From contig CAVRCJ010000006.1 in NCBI GenBank assembly GCA_963719515.1, positions 384,001 through 448,000 of the forward strand: a DNA stretch of 64,000 nucleotides, written 5' to 3'. Numbering within the stretch: the first letter of the stretch is position 1; each line of letters begins with the position of its first letter. The translations under genes and the position numbers were made by a program. The notes below the pieces were generated by a model. The model saw only the letters and a program-made list of their open reading frames with translations, had not been told where the DNA came from and did not search any database. Source of the DNA: an uncultured cyanobacterium. Lineage in GTDB: Bacteria > Cyanobacteriota > Cyanobacteriia > CAKZMO01. This document shows, one piece after another, positions 40,901 through 50,444 of the stretch.

Positions 40901-41281
40901 CTAGCGCAGCACAACCAGAATAGAAACCACGGCCAGCCCAATCCACAGCAGCGCTCGGCTGTGCTCCTGTATCCAGGACTGAACGCGATCGCCCTGAAAC
41001 AGTCCTTTAGCGCCACTAGCGGGGCTGGGGCGATCGCTCCTCAACGCATCAGCAGCCGGGGCGAGCGGTTGATAGAGGGTACATTGGCGGGCGTAGGGTC
41101 GTTTGGGAAAGTTGCAGGTGTCGTCTTGGTGGTAAAGGCAGCTCTCGCAGAGGGCAGCGCCATCAGTGGCCTGGTGTAAGGAAATGCCGGGATGGCCATA
41201 GGCTTTAAGCAGCGTTCCACAGGCCGGGCAGGCGATCGCCTGGGAATCGACGCTTTGCTGGCAGCGGGGGCATTCTGGCAT
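40901..41281 (-). CDS. zinc-ribbon membrane protein
   Basis: CPRC...CPAC, further CxxC, C-terminal TM. Start placed at MPECPRC. Confidence 0.75.
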   Translation of the reverse strand: MPECPRCQQSVDSQAIACPACGTLLKAYGHPGISLHQATDGAALCESCLYHQDDTCNFPKRPYARQCTLYQPLAPAADALRSDRPSPASGAKGLFQGDRVQSWIQEHSRALLWIGLAVVSILVVLR

Positions 41282-41404
41282 GACTCTGCTCCAAACGCGA
41301 ACTTCTCGCGAATTTTGATTGACCAAATTTAAAATACAGACTGGTAAAACGCAAACCGGCAAAGCGCAGCCTGGAATAGGCTAAAGCAGCCCTCAGCAAC
41401 CATT

Positions 41405-41716
41405 CTAGCGCCGGGTTGATTTGCGCACATAATACTTCTTGGTTTCCTGCAGCTCGTAGGTTCCGGCCCCCATGGCAGCGCAGAAGCGACGCTCTATCTG
41501 GTCAAGTTCGTCTTGAGGGATTGAAAACCAGGAGTCTTCCGTCTCCCACTGCACCACCGTGATCACGTCTGTAAGGGAGTCATGACTAATCCAGATGTCT
41601 TTTCCTAAAAAGCCGGGATATCGAGACAGAGCTTGGGTCCAGATTTCGTCATCTCTTTGAATAAATCGCTCGCGACTGGCCTCTTCGACCCAAAACCTCA
41701 ACCATTCGATAACCAT
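41405..41716 (-). CDS. TIGR03792 family (ABM-like) cyanobacterial protein
   Basis: MVIEWLRF, DEIWT.AL..YPGFLGK. Confidence 0.8.
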   Translation of the reverse strand: MVIEWLRFWVEEASRERFIQRDDEIWTQALSRYPGFLGKDIWISHDSLTDVITVVQWETEDSWFSIPQDELDQIERRFCAAMGAGTYELQETKKYYVRKSTRR

Positions 41717-41893
41717 GGCCTTGAACTCTCTAACCTACTCCGCTAAGCATATCTTAGGTGGTGATTTGGCCCTTGTTGAGGGCAGGTTATCCGAACATCG
41801 CATCTAGCTGCAGCACGCTTATAATGACAAGTGCTGGGCCATTGGCGCTAGCGGGCTTGAACCCCATCTGTCCGGACGACGAGGACTGTCTCA

Positions 41894-42214
41894 ATGGAAA
41901 ACAATGTACTTAAGCAATTGCTCATGGTTGGGATTGGCACCACCTCCCTAGCTGCGGACAAGCTGCGGGAAGTGAGTGAACAATGGGTAAGGGACGGCAA
42001 ACTTGACCCCGAGCAGGCCAAGACGTTTGTCGATGATCTGATGGGTCAAATGCGCTCTGAGCAGACCAATTTTGAGGCTCAGATGCAGCGGCAGCTCAAG
42101 CAGGTTTTACAGGATTTAGGGGTTCCCCGCCAAAACGAGATGGATGAGCTGCGGGGCCGCCTTGACCGCCTAGAGCGCCAGATGCGAGACTTGGAAAATC
42201 GGCTCTGGCGATAA
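41894..42214 (+). CDS. phasin-family (PhaF/PhaI-like) protein
   Basis: QLLMVGIG, EMDELRGRLDRLE. Confidence 0.75.
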   Translation: MENNVLKQLLMVGIGTTSLAADKLREVSEQWVRDGKLDPEQAKTFVDDLMGQMRSEQTNFEAQMQRQLKQVLQDLGVPRQNEMDELRGRLDRLERQMRDLENRLWR

Positions 42215-42307
42215 GATCGCGTCGGCCTGGGAAACGGTAAGCTAGGAACGCTGGCGTGAGTGATCCCGCTGCCGCCCCGTCTTGCCTAACTGCCCTGACT
42301 GCTCAAC

Positions 42308-42922
42308 TTGATTGCCCAAATTTGGAGACCTGCTGTGCGAGAGATTTTAATTAGCGTCGCTGTGATGATTGGCTGTGCCGCCGTGCTGGTTGTTGCTCAA
42401 CTGACGGGCTCATCGGCGATCGCGGCCCCGAGTGAAGTCCCTCGTCCGGCGTCAGCGGCATCCCCCCTAGAGCAGCGGATGGGCCCCTCTAGCGCATCCC
42501 AAACCGAACCCGAAATCATTGCCCAAGCCCCGACCCTATTTGAATCTAACCCCATGGCCTCAGAGGACTCAGCGCTTGACACAGTCACTACGGCTTCGGG
42601 CCTACAGTATATTGACGAAGTAGAAGGGACTGGCGCGCAGCCCCAGGCTGGCCAGACCGTAAGCGTTCACTATACCGGCACCCTAGAAGACGGCACCAAA
42701 TTCGACAGCTCTCGCGATCGCAATCGGCCTTTTTCGTTCCGCTTGGGCGCTGGACGGGTGATTCGCGGCTGGGATGAGGGCATTGCCACAATGCGCGTTG
42801 GCGGACAGCGCAAGCTAATCATCCCCCCCGATTTAGGCTACGGCGCGAGAGGGGCAGGTGGGGTCATTCCCCCCAACGCGACGCTCATCTTTGACGTTGA
42901 GCTGCTGCGCATTGGCGCCTAG
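42308..42922 (+). CDS. FKBP-type peptidyl-prolyl isomerase
   Basis: [40 protein letters not shown]. Start may be GTG 42335. Confidence 0.95.
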   Translation: MIAQIWRPAVREILISVAVMIGCAAVLVVAQLTGSSAIAAPSEVPRPASAASPLEQRMGPSSASQTEPEIIAQAPTLFESNPMASEDSALDTVTTASGLQYIDEVEGTGAQPQAGQTVSVHYTGTLEDGTKFDSSRDRNRPFSFRLGAGRVIRGWDEGIATMRVGGQRKLIIPPDLGYGARGAGGVIPPNATLIFDVELLRIGA

Positions 42923-42950
42923 GATTTAGCGAGGCCAAAGGGCTTTGAGG

Positions 42951-42995
42951 GGTAGATGAGTTCTACAGGGGTCACCCCGCAGAAACTTGTCTACC
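42951..42995. terminator. stem-loop between the convergent FKBP gene and the (pre-insertion) end of kaiC
   Basis: GGTAGATGAGTTCT..GGGG / CCCC..AGAAACTTGTCTACC imperfect inverted repeat; no clear U-tract. Confidence 0.5.
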
Positions 42996-43074
42996 AAAGG
43001 CCGCCGCAGTGCTCCGCCTATACCGCGTAGCGGCTAGGGGGTGGTGAAGCGGCGCGTGAGCCGTAGGTGAGCAA

Positions 43075-43486
43075 TCAATCGATTTCGGCTTGCTGCTGAA
43101 TGTACTGCTTCAAAGCTGATATGGGAGCGCTGCCGCAGGAAATAAGGCAATACGACCTGCTCCAAAAAACCGGCTTACCCCGATAGACACGGTTGAGGTG
43201 TCCCGTCAAACTCTTTCCTGATTAAGCGGCTCGACACGGTTTTGAGATTGTTCACCAGCTTGGACGGCTGAACCTTGGGATTGACCGATATCAGCAAATG
43301 GATATGGTCCGGCTCACCATTGCACTCAATCAGCTCACATTCCCATTTGCCGAGGGTGGCGCGGAATATCTCGGCCAGCCGGTCTTGCATCGCAGCAGTA
43401 ATACATTTTCTGCGGTCCTCTGTGCAGACGACCAAATGAAACTGGATATTGTAAGCGCAGTGCCTAAGCTTGTTTAGGGTCTGCAT
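43075..43486 (-). pseudogene. tnpA: IS200-type Y1 transposase TnpA, frameshifted
   Basis: YNIQFHLV, DHIH (HUH), LKTVSSR. Frameshift near 43200-43208 puts FWSRSY...LKQYIQQQ (catalytic Tyr helix) in another frame ending at 43075. Confidence 0.88.
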
Positions 43487-44066
43487 CGGTGTGACGACTA
43501 AGCTACAATACATCAATGCTAACACTGACCCGTGAGTACAAGCTGAAGCCGACCAAACGACAGGCGATTGAGATGGAACACATCTTGTCGGTCTGCCGTA
43601 GCGTCTGGAATTATGCATTGCGAGAGCGCAAGGACTGGATTGCCTCGCGCAAAAGCTCAGTCAATACCTGCTCTTTGTGGGGCGAGTACATCGTGGCTGC
43701 TGATGCTCCGTTTCCTGGCTTTGCTGAGCAATGCAAATCGCTGACGCAAGCCAAGACGTCGAACGCAGCGCTCAAGTCGGTCAATGCCCAGGTACTTCAG
43801 CAGGTGCTCAAGACGCTAGACAAGGCGTTTCGAGACATGAAGGAGCGCGGCTTTGGGTTCCCCCGGTTCAAAAAGCGAATGCACTCCTTCGTGTTTCCGT
43901 AGCTTGGCAAGCACCTTCTGGGCAATGGGTCTGTGAAGCCCCTGCATTGGCGACGCGAGGATTCGCCAGTCCCGGCCCTATCCCGATGGCTTCAGGGTTA
44001 AGCAGGCGCGGGTTGTGAAACGTCCATCAGGGTTCTATCTGATGCTGACGTTTCAGGCTGATTTAG

Positions 44067-44458
44067 CTACTAGACAGGAAGCCCCGCGCTCTACCCGTCA
44101 GGGTGAGCGTCGGGATGAGAGTCGCGCTAGCCGAAGTGCGCCCGCAAAATGATGCACAGCGGATAGTGCGCTCAGCGCTGAGGCTAGCAGTTGGTATGAT
44201 AGAGATAGCAAGGTGATACACCCCGCAAAGAGTGTGACGGGCCCGTAGGCGAAAGCTGCAAGTCACCCGTTCCTCAGTTTGCAAATGTATCTGCGACACA
44301 TAGTGCGTATCCTCCCTCGCGGAGATGAAAATTCAAAACTCTGCCGTGGGGCATCAGGCGGAGTATAAACCTATCTCAGGATATGTCTCGGCAATAGCTG
44401 GGAGTCACTGAGGAAGCCCGCGCTGTACAGCTTGCTGTCAGCGTCGGGAGGATGTCAC
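44067..44458 (+). mobile_element. 392-bp non-autonomous IS200/IS605-type mini-element (PATE-like) nested in tnpB
   Basis: Both ends carry CCCGCGCT...AGCGTCGGG hairpins (44083-44114, 44417-44448). Guides AAGC and GAAG fit target TTAG and end TCAC. Removing it restores tnpB ...FQADLDIPQP... Confidence 0.88.
44338..44458 (+). ncRNA. putative omegaRNA-like scaffold in the mini-element
   Basis: Stems ACTCTGCC/GGCGGAGT and TCTCAG/CTGGGA plus the right-end hairpin, where TnpB omegaRNAs normally lie. Boundaries approximate. Confidence 0.45.
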
Positions 44459-45154
44459 ACATTCCTCAACCCCCTGTAGCAGGTCATATTGTTGGTGTTG
44501 ATGTTGGCCTGGAGTATTTTCTTTCCACCTCTGACGGCCTTCAGATTAAGCGCCCTCGATTCTTTGTGGATATGCAGCGCAAGCTGAAATTGCTGCAACG
44601 CAGATTGAAGCGAAAGAAGCGAGGGTCAGCAAACTGGATTAAGGCTCAGCAAAAGGTGGCGCGGCTGCACGAGTGCATCAGGAATACCCGCAAGGACTTC
44701 CACTTCAAAGTCGCACATCAGCTTTGCCATGGAGCCGATGTGATTGCAGTAGAAGACCTCAACCTAGTTGGACTGTCGCGGGGTATCCTCGGTAAGCACA
44801 TGCGCGATGCAGGCCACGGGCAGTTTCTCAATCAGATATTGCCGTGGATTGCTTGGAAGCGAGGCAAGGCGTATCTGAAGGTTGATGCTCGCGGCACTTC
44901 TCAGGAGTGCCCTGATTGTGGGGACAAAATAGTGAAGCAGCTATCTGACCGCTGGCATAGCTGCTCTTGTGGGGCGTCAATGCCTAGAGACGTTGCCAGC
45001 GGCCAGGTGATTCGACATAGGGCCGTCGGGCGGACGGTTCTTGAAAATGCCTGTGGAGACGGTCTAACGGGGGCAGTAGCTTAATGCTGTTGTCTAGCCA
45101 AGAGTAAAAGAAACAGGAATCTCCGACTGTACCCACAGGGTCAGGGGGAGTGCG

Positions 45155-46732
45155 TCAATCTTCCTGTTCACCTTTTTCCTGAAAGCCCTGCACGATACGG
45201 GAAAGCTCATTACGCTCATTGACCGCTATCCGGTTAGGCGAGCCGCTGATAATCCGCTCGTATTCTCGGAAAGACTTCTTAATCTGAGGTCCGTTCTCGT
45301 CAATCATGTACTCTCGGATGCCCTTGTCATGCCAAGAGCCGCGCATTTTGAAAACGTTGATGGCCCGGGACATTTCCCCTCGAATCTCGACGTACTGAAG
45401 CATCAATATGGTGTCAGTGATGGTCGAGATATGTGAGTCGGTGATTGAGTGAGACCCCATGAATTGGTCGGTGGTGTTCGTGAAGAACCCTGTAATCTCC
45501 TCTTGTTTAGCGAACCCTGTTACTCCAATCACAAACTGACGGAAGGTATTGTTGCTGACGCCGCGGGCTAGGGCGGAGAGCGAGTCGATAGCAATGCGGG
45601 ACGGCTTAAAGTTGGCAATTTCAGACTTGATAATCTGTAGGTGGTCTTCAAGCCCAGCAGACTCGGGATAAGCGCATAGAATGCGCAGCAGACCCCGCTG
45701 CTCCAACTCCTCAAAATCGATTCCCCAGGAATAGGCGTTACGGGAGAGCTGCGCCCGCGACTCTTCGTAAGCAAAAAGGATGGCACGGCTGTTGTTTTCG
45801 CAGGCGTTCTGCAGAAACTTGCTCACTAGCATCGTCTTGCCGGTGCCGGTAGCTCCGGTAGCCAGGATGATTGAATCTTTAAAGAAACCACCGCCGCACA
45901 TCTCGTCTAGCGTCTCAACGCCTGAGGACACGCGTACGTTTGACGAGCGCTGGGTGAGGCGCATCGCTCCGAGCGGAAAGATATTGATCCCCTGATTGGT
46001 AATCGTAAAGGGATACTCTCCCTTCATGTGGGTGGTGCCTCGCAGCTTGAGGATTTCGATTGTTCGTCTACGGCGTTCTCCCTCAAGGGCGTTGCGAACG
46101 ATAACAACGTTGTCAGAGACGAATTCTTCAACGCCGTATCGTGCTACGCTGCCATATTCTTCGGTTCGCTCTGCTGTCATCACGGTGGTAACGCCCACTC
46201 GCTTTAATCGCGATGCCAGTCGGAATAGCTCGCGTCGCACAATTGAGGTGGCGTCGTACTGCTGAAAAAGGGCGGTGACAGAGTCAACCGAGACGCGAGA
46301 CGCGCTGTACTTTCGAATGGCGTATTGAGTGCGCTCGATGATTCCTGACAGGTCAAAGTTACCGACGACTTCTTGACCTTCTGGATCGGGCGAGGCGTCT
46401 AAGATGAACAGCTTTCCGTCGTCAATGAGCTGTTGAAGATCCCAGCCGAAGCTATGGGCGTTCTCAATGATGTCGGAGGGGGACTCTTCAAAAGTAATAA
46501 AGAGTCCCGGCTCGTCGAAATGAATAATGCCGTTATATAAAAAATGAATAGCAAACAGCGTTTTTCCGGTACCCGAGGTGCCGCTGACCAGCGTCGTTCT
46601 GCCCGCCGGGATACCCCCATGACTGATATCGTCGAAGCCCTCAATCATGGTCCGGAGTTTTTGAACGCCCTCTTCCCCCCTCGACGTGTCAAAGGGGTCA
46701 GTTTCGCGAGCGTTGTAGGAGTTTGGCTGCAT
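45155..46732 (-). CDS. kaiC: circadian clock kinase/ATPase KaiC
   Basis: Two P-loops (GTSGTGKT, GATGTGKT) and the DSHISTIT phosphorylation site. Confidence 0.99.
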   Translation of the reverse strand: MQPNSYNARETDPFDTSRGEEGVQKLRTMIEGFDDISHGGIPAGRTTLVSGTSGTGKTLFAIHFLYNGIIHFDEPGLFITFEESPSDIIENAHSFGWDLQQLIDDGKLFILDASPDPEGQEVVGNFDLSGIIERTQYAIRKYSASRVSVDSVTALFQQYDATSIVRRELFRLASRLKRVGVTTVMTAERTEEYGSVARYGVEEFVSDNVVIVRNALEGERRRRTIEILKLRGTTHMKGEYPFTITNQGINIFPLGAMRLTQRSSNVRVSSGVETLDEMCGGGFFKDSIILATGATGTGKTMLVSKFLQNACENNSRAILFAYEESRAQLSRNAYSWGIDFEELEQRGLLRILCAYPESAGLEDHLQIIKSEIANFKPSRIAIDSLSALARGVSNNTFRQFVIGVTGFAKQEEITGFFTNTTDQFMGSHSITDSHISTITDTILMLQYVEIRGEMSRAINVFKMRGSWHDKGIREYMIDENGPQIKKSFREYERIISGSPNRIAVNERNELSRIVQGFQEKGEQED

Positions 46733-46832
46733 GGGCTATGCAATCTAAGTTAATACAGGGTCGTAACACTCTCAATCCTAGCCGGTTATGCGTCACTAGG
46801 GACAAGGCTACAGTACCGAAGAGCCGACGCTA

Positions 46833-47153
46833 CTAACTGTCGTCGCTCAGCTCACCATTGGACAGGGTATCGTAGAGCAAGTCTAGTCCAATCAGCACCT
46901 TCTCTCGATCAGACAAGTCCCCAATGATTTTACGAACGGGCGGCGGCAGAATTTTGGAGAGCGTCGGCGTTGCTAGGATCTTGTCCTCTTCAGCGAGCTG
47001 GGGATTCTTCATCACATCAATTACCTTAAGCGCGTAGACGCCATGAAACTCTTGCTCAAGGATGCTGTTGAGCGTTCTCAGGGCCCTCAGGGAGTTTGGA
47101 GTGTTGCCTGCAACGTATAGTTTCAAGACGTAGGTTTTTTGGGGAGGAGTCAT
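46833..47153 (-). CDS. kaiB: circadian clock protein KaiB
   Basis: [14 protein letters not shown]...KILATPTL. Confidence 0.99.
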   Translation of the reverse strand: MTPPQKTYVLKLYVAGNTPNSLRALRTLNSILEQEFHGVYALKVIDVMKNPQLAEEDKILATPTLSKILPPPVRKIIGDLSDREKVLIGLDLLYDTLSNGELSDDS

Positions 47154-47272
47154 AGGAGAGAGTCCGTACCTCTAGAGTGGACTGCTCAAAGCAGCATGCT
47201 AGAGACCGTAAATAAGGCCAAATAGGGCAAGGAAGTGGGCTTGTGACCAGGAAGGGAGCGATTTCCCGACGG

Positions 47273-48160
47273 CTAGGCCTGCCGAGGAATCGATCGCCTA
47301 TACATTTCGCATAGGTTAGAGAGAGTATCGATCAAGGTCAATCGGTAGTCTAGAAGAATTTCCTCGCTGCGGCCCTCGATTTTCAGCTGCTTGGAAAATG
47401 CATCCATAAGGTCCATGTGGATCTCAACGACTTGAACAATGGGCACGTCAGCAAAAAAGGCTGAGTTGACATAATTATCAATCTTTTGGTTGAGCAACGG
47501 ATCGTCTGTAAAGTAATTGAGAATAATTTCCTGGTAGCTTCGCTTCAGCTGAGCGAGCTGCCGCTGTTTTTCCTCTGAAGGTAGATAGCGCAGAAATCGC
47601 TCTGGATCTCGCTTATAGTAAACGCTCAAATACCCTAGCCTCTCTTTCAGCTTTTCGGCCAGTCGGTCTTGCTGACAGGCGAGCAGCGCATGCTCTTGCT
47701 TGTCGATATCATTGTGTGAAGGCTGCTCAGTTTCGCCTGATAAGGGGATTTTGAGAAACTGGTTGATCACGCGATCGATGTGGGACGGCAGCTGGTTGAG
47801 CTGCTGGAACTCCAGCCAATAGATCGCGGTGTAATATCCAAATTTATCTGGGCTGTCGGCCTGCTCGGCGATCGCCTCATCTTCGAGACGTCTGTCCCTA
47901 ATTAAAATTGTAGGCAACAAAATCGAGCGCGATCGCAGTTCGCCAAGCGCTGACGGAAGCTTGCCCTGAGCATCTAGAATTAGACAGTCAATACCATTGC
48001 GGCAGGCTTCAATCGCCTCAATGAAATCGCTGTGGGTCAGAAATATTTCGAGCTGATACGCGTCGCCGTCTAAACTTGACTTTAGTGAAGGCGCTACCGC
48101 ATCAGTCGCTAAGTAGGCATAGACAACTATCTTTGGCTTTGATTCCTGTTTGGAGGCCAT
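47273..48160 (-). CDS. kaiA: circadian clock protein KaiA
   Basis: Pseudo-receiver N-terminus; KLKERLGYLSVYYKR...LCEMYRRSIPR. Confidence 0.98.
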   Translation of the reverse strand: MASKQESKPKIVVYAYLATDAVAPSLKSSLDGDAYQLEIFLTHSDFIEAIEACRNGIDCLILDAQGKLPSALGELRSRSILLPTILIRDRRLEDEAIAEQADSPDKFGYYTAIYWLEFQQLNQLPSHIDRVINQFLKIPLSGETEQPSHNDIDKQEHALLACQQDRLAEKLKERLGYLSVYYKRDPERFLRYLPSEEKQRQLAQLKRSYQEIILNYFTDDPLLNQKIDNYVNSAFFADVPIVQVVEIHMDLMDAFSKQLKIEGRSEEILLDYRLTLIDTLSNLCEMYRRSIPRQA

Positions 48161-48257
48161 AAAAGCGCTCTACAATCACGATACATTGGTGCGGGGGCAC
48201 TACGGTCTATTGTAGAAGCTGAGCGACCATCTACTCTTGTGCCTTAGCGGTACTTCT

Positions 48258-50375
48258 ATGGATAGCGAATCGATTCAGGCTCTGATCATAGCGGTACCGA
48301 CCTGTAATGCCCAGGATCGACTGATATCGATTTTTGAACAGCTTACGACTGCCGAAGGAGAGTGGCTTTTGATCTGGGACGAGGATCCTGTCGGAGCTTT
48401 GCCCCTAGCCTCACTGTCGCAGCTGATGTCAGCGATAATTTGTGGACTGACCCAGCCTATTGACTCGCTGCCCTCCCACGACAGCGCATCAGCCCCTGTT
48501 TCTAGCCGCGATGATGCGGCCCCCATGCCGCTGCTGCAATCGACCCTGAAGCAAGTGCTTGAGCGGCCCGAGCTGCGCCTGCAGCTGAAACCGCTGCAGC
48601 TTGTTCCTGCCACTTGGTCTGTGCAAGAGTTCAAAGCTTATCTGCGGCACTATTCCGACGATGCTGCCCAATTTGAGTGGGTCGCCGTTGACGCCGAGCA
48701 GCGCCCCCTAGGGTTGCTCAACCCAACTCGGCTGGCACCGACTTGGAACAATCCACTGCCCTCCCAAGAGCTTATGGCTCAAAACGCAGAACTGGTGCAA
48801 ACTAGCCAGCTTAAAAGTAGCTATCTTGCCTATATCAGCCACGAAGTTAAGAACCCAATAACGGCAATGCTGGGGCTTTCAGAATTGCTAGCCGATTCCG
48901 CCCTCAAGAGCTTGAGCGATCGCCAGCAGCGCTATATCCAGCTCATTCGGCACAACAGCCAGCGCCTCGCTGCCATAGCCAACGACATGCTCGACCTATC
49001 GCGCGTCGAGCTAGGTCAGCTACAGCTTTCCTATCAAAGCCTATCGATTCGACAGCTGTGCGATCTCGCTTGGCAATTTCAGCCCCGCGCCGCTGCGCAG
49101 CCTCCTGCCGCTACAGTTCCGCCTTCGATCAGCATTCAGCTAGGGCTGAGCGAAATTGTGGCAGACAAGCAGCGTCTGGTCCAGATGCTGGCTCAGCTGC
49201 TCGCGAATGCCCGCCGTTCTACGGCCACATTTGGCGAGGTGGGCATTGCTGTTGAGCAGTGGGGACAGTGGTATGCCTTTACAATTTGGGATACCGGGAT
49301 AGGCATTCCTCCAGAGAGACAGACGCTACTGCTGCAAACCCTACAGCCTTTGGAAAATCCCTCTACCCATGCTGCAGAATCCGGACTGGGACTGGTTTTA
49401 ACCCAGCGACTGGTCCAGCTGCACGGCGGCGATCTAACCTTTGTCTCGAATCCTGGAAGAAGTGAGTTCACGCTGCTTTTGCCGCCTGCGCCGTCCCACA
49501 TTTCTGCGCCACCCTCTCCTCAAAGTAGTGCCGCAGCGGTTCAGATGACTCACCCTCTCGCTGTTGTCGCGGAAGCAGCGGCCTCCCACCTGACCCAGCT
49601 CGTTTCACAGCTCAGCGACATCGGTTATCGTGTCGCTGTCGCCCGCTCGGGAACGGAGGCGCTGCAAAAGGTGAGGCGGCTGCATCCCAAAATCCTCTTT
49701 CTAGATCCAGTTTTGCCTCTGCTCTCGGGCTGGGACGTCCTAGCGCTGGTCAAGGGTGACTTGGCGACTCGGCATATTCCGACTATTCTCAGCACGGCGT
49801 CCACCGCACATCCTTTAGAACGAGGGCAGGCGGACGCCGTGCTATCACTGCCGTCAACGCCATCTGCCCTGCTGCAAACGCTGGCCGATACGGTGCCGCA
49901 GGGACTGCACTCCTCAGCGTCAGCCCCCCGGACGGTGACGCCCCGAGCTCCCTCGTCAACAACGCTGACGGTGCTCTATTTCAATCCATCTGAGGAAACG
50001 GAAGCGCCGTCTACGATAGACTTCAGTGGATTACTTCATCCCTATGGCTGCCGCGTACTAGAGGTGGACGATCTCGATCAAGCTGGCCTCGTTGCGCAAG
50101 TTTGGAAGCCCAATGTGGCTCTGCTGGGCCTTTCTGTTCCGGCGAATCCTGCCTACCTCCGGCAGCTGGGGCAGCTGCGCAGTCTGGCGCTGCTGCCGAT
50201 GGTGGTCCTTGAGCCCACGATCGCCGAAGCAGGCCACCAGGCCGGACTGCTCGTCTACCCCTGCCTAATGTCGCCACATGGCCTCAAAGGAGGAGCATCG
50301 GTTGATTTGACCCTGCTGGTGCAGGTCATTCGCGTTGCCGCGCAGGGCGCAACGCTTCCGCCGGAGCCACAGTGA
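48258..50375 (+). CDS. hybrid histidine kinase with degenerate receiver domains, divergent from kaiA
   Basis: ISHEVKNP H-box, QLLANA N-box, WDTGIGI, SGLGL; receiver-like LFLDPVLPLLSGWDVL. Start 48237 or 48258. Confidence 0.85.
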   Translation: MDSESIQALIIAVPTCNAQDRLISIFEQLTTAEGEWLLIWDEDPVGALPLASLSQLMSAIICGLTQPIDSLPSHDSASAPVSSRDDAAPMPLLQSTLKQVLERPELRLQLKPLQLVPATWSVQEFKAYLRHYSDDAAQFEWVAVDAEQRPLGLLNPTRLAPTWNNPLPSQELMAQNAELVQTSQLKSSYLAYISHEVKNPITAMLGLSELLADSALKSLSDRQQRYIQLIRHNSQRLAAIANDMLDLSRVELGQLQLSYQSLSIRQLCDLAWQFQPRAAAQPPAATVPPSISIQLGLSEIVADKQRLVQMLAQLLANARRSTATFGEVGIAVEQWGQWYAFTIWDTGIGIPPERQTLLLQTLQPLENPSTHAAESGLGLVLTQRLVQLHGGDLTFVSNPGRSEFTLLLPPAPSHISAPPSPQSSAAAVQMTHPLAVVAEAAASHLTQLVSQLSDIGYRVAVARSGTEALQKVRRLHPKILFLDPVLPLLSGWDVLALVKGDLATRHIPTILSTASTAHPLERGQADAVLSLPSTPSALLQTLADTVPQGLHSSASAPRTVTPRAPSSTTLTVLYFNPSEETEAPSTIDFSGLLHPYGCRVLEVDDLDQAGLVAQVWKPNVALLGLSVPANPAYLRQLGQLRSLALLPMVVLEPTIAEAGHQAGLLVYPCLMSPHGLKGGASVDLTLLVQVIRVAAQGATLPPEPQ

Positions 50376-50400
50376 CTGATGGCCATCCTCTAGCTCCGCT

Positions 50401-50440
50401 TTTCCCCCGCTAGCTGCCAGGAGCGGTTAGCAGGGGAGAA
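50401..50440. terminator. probable bidirectional terminator between convergent genes
   Basis: TTCCCCCGCTAGCTGC / GCGGTTAGCAGGGGAGAA inverted repeat. Confidence 0.55.
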
Positions 50441-50444
50441 CGCC

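Larger units (their letters stand above)
43516..45084 (+). pseudogene. tnpB: TnpB RNA-guided nuclease, disrupted
   Basis: YKLKPT, CRSVWNYAL, GFPRFK; TAG at 43900-43902; frameshift near 43938; 392-bp insertion; then RuvC GVDVG / AVEDL / PRDVA and Zn finger CPDCG..CSCG. Confidence 0.92.
42995..45158 (+). mobile_element. decayed IS200/IS605-family element (divergent tnpA and tnpB)
   Basis: Inserted 3' of CTAC (42991-42994), no target duplication. Left guide AGTG (43008-43011) before a hairpin; right guide GAAT (45117-45120), hairpin and TCAA end (45155-45158). Fits IS608-type guide/cleavage-site pairing. Confidence 0.88.

Noticed and set aside
43487..43618. Track N-terminal extension of tnpA
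   Set aside because: Overlaps the tnpB start; TnpA similarity begins at ATG 43486.
44067..44458. Group I intron / IStron or c-di-GMP riboswitch inside the mini-element
   Set aside because: GNRA-type loops are present, but I could not find group I core motifs or the GEMM consensus.
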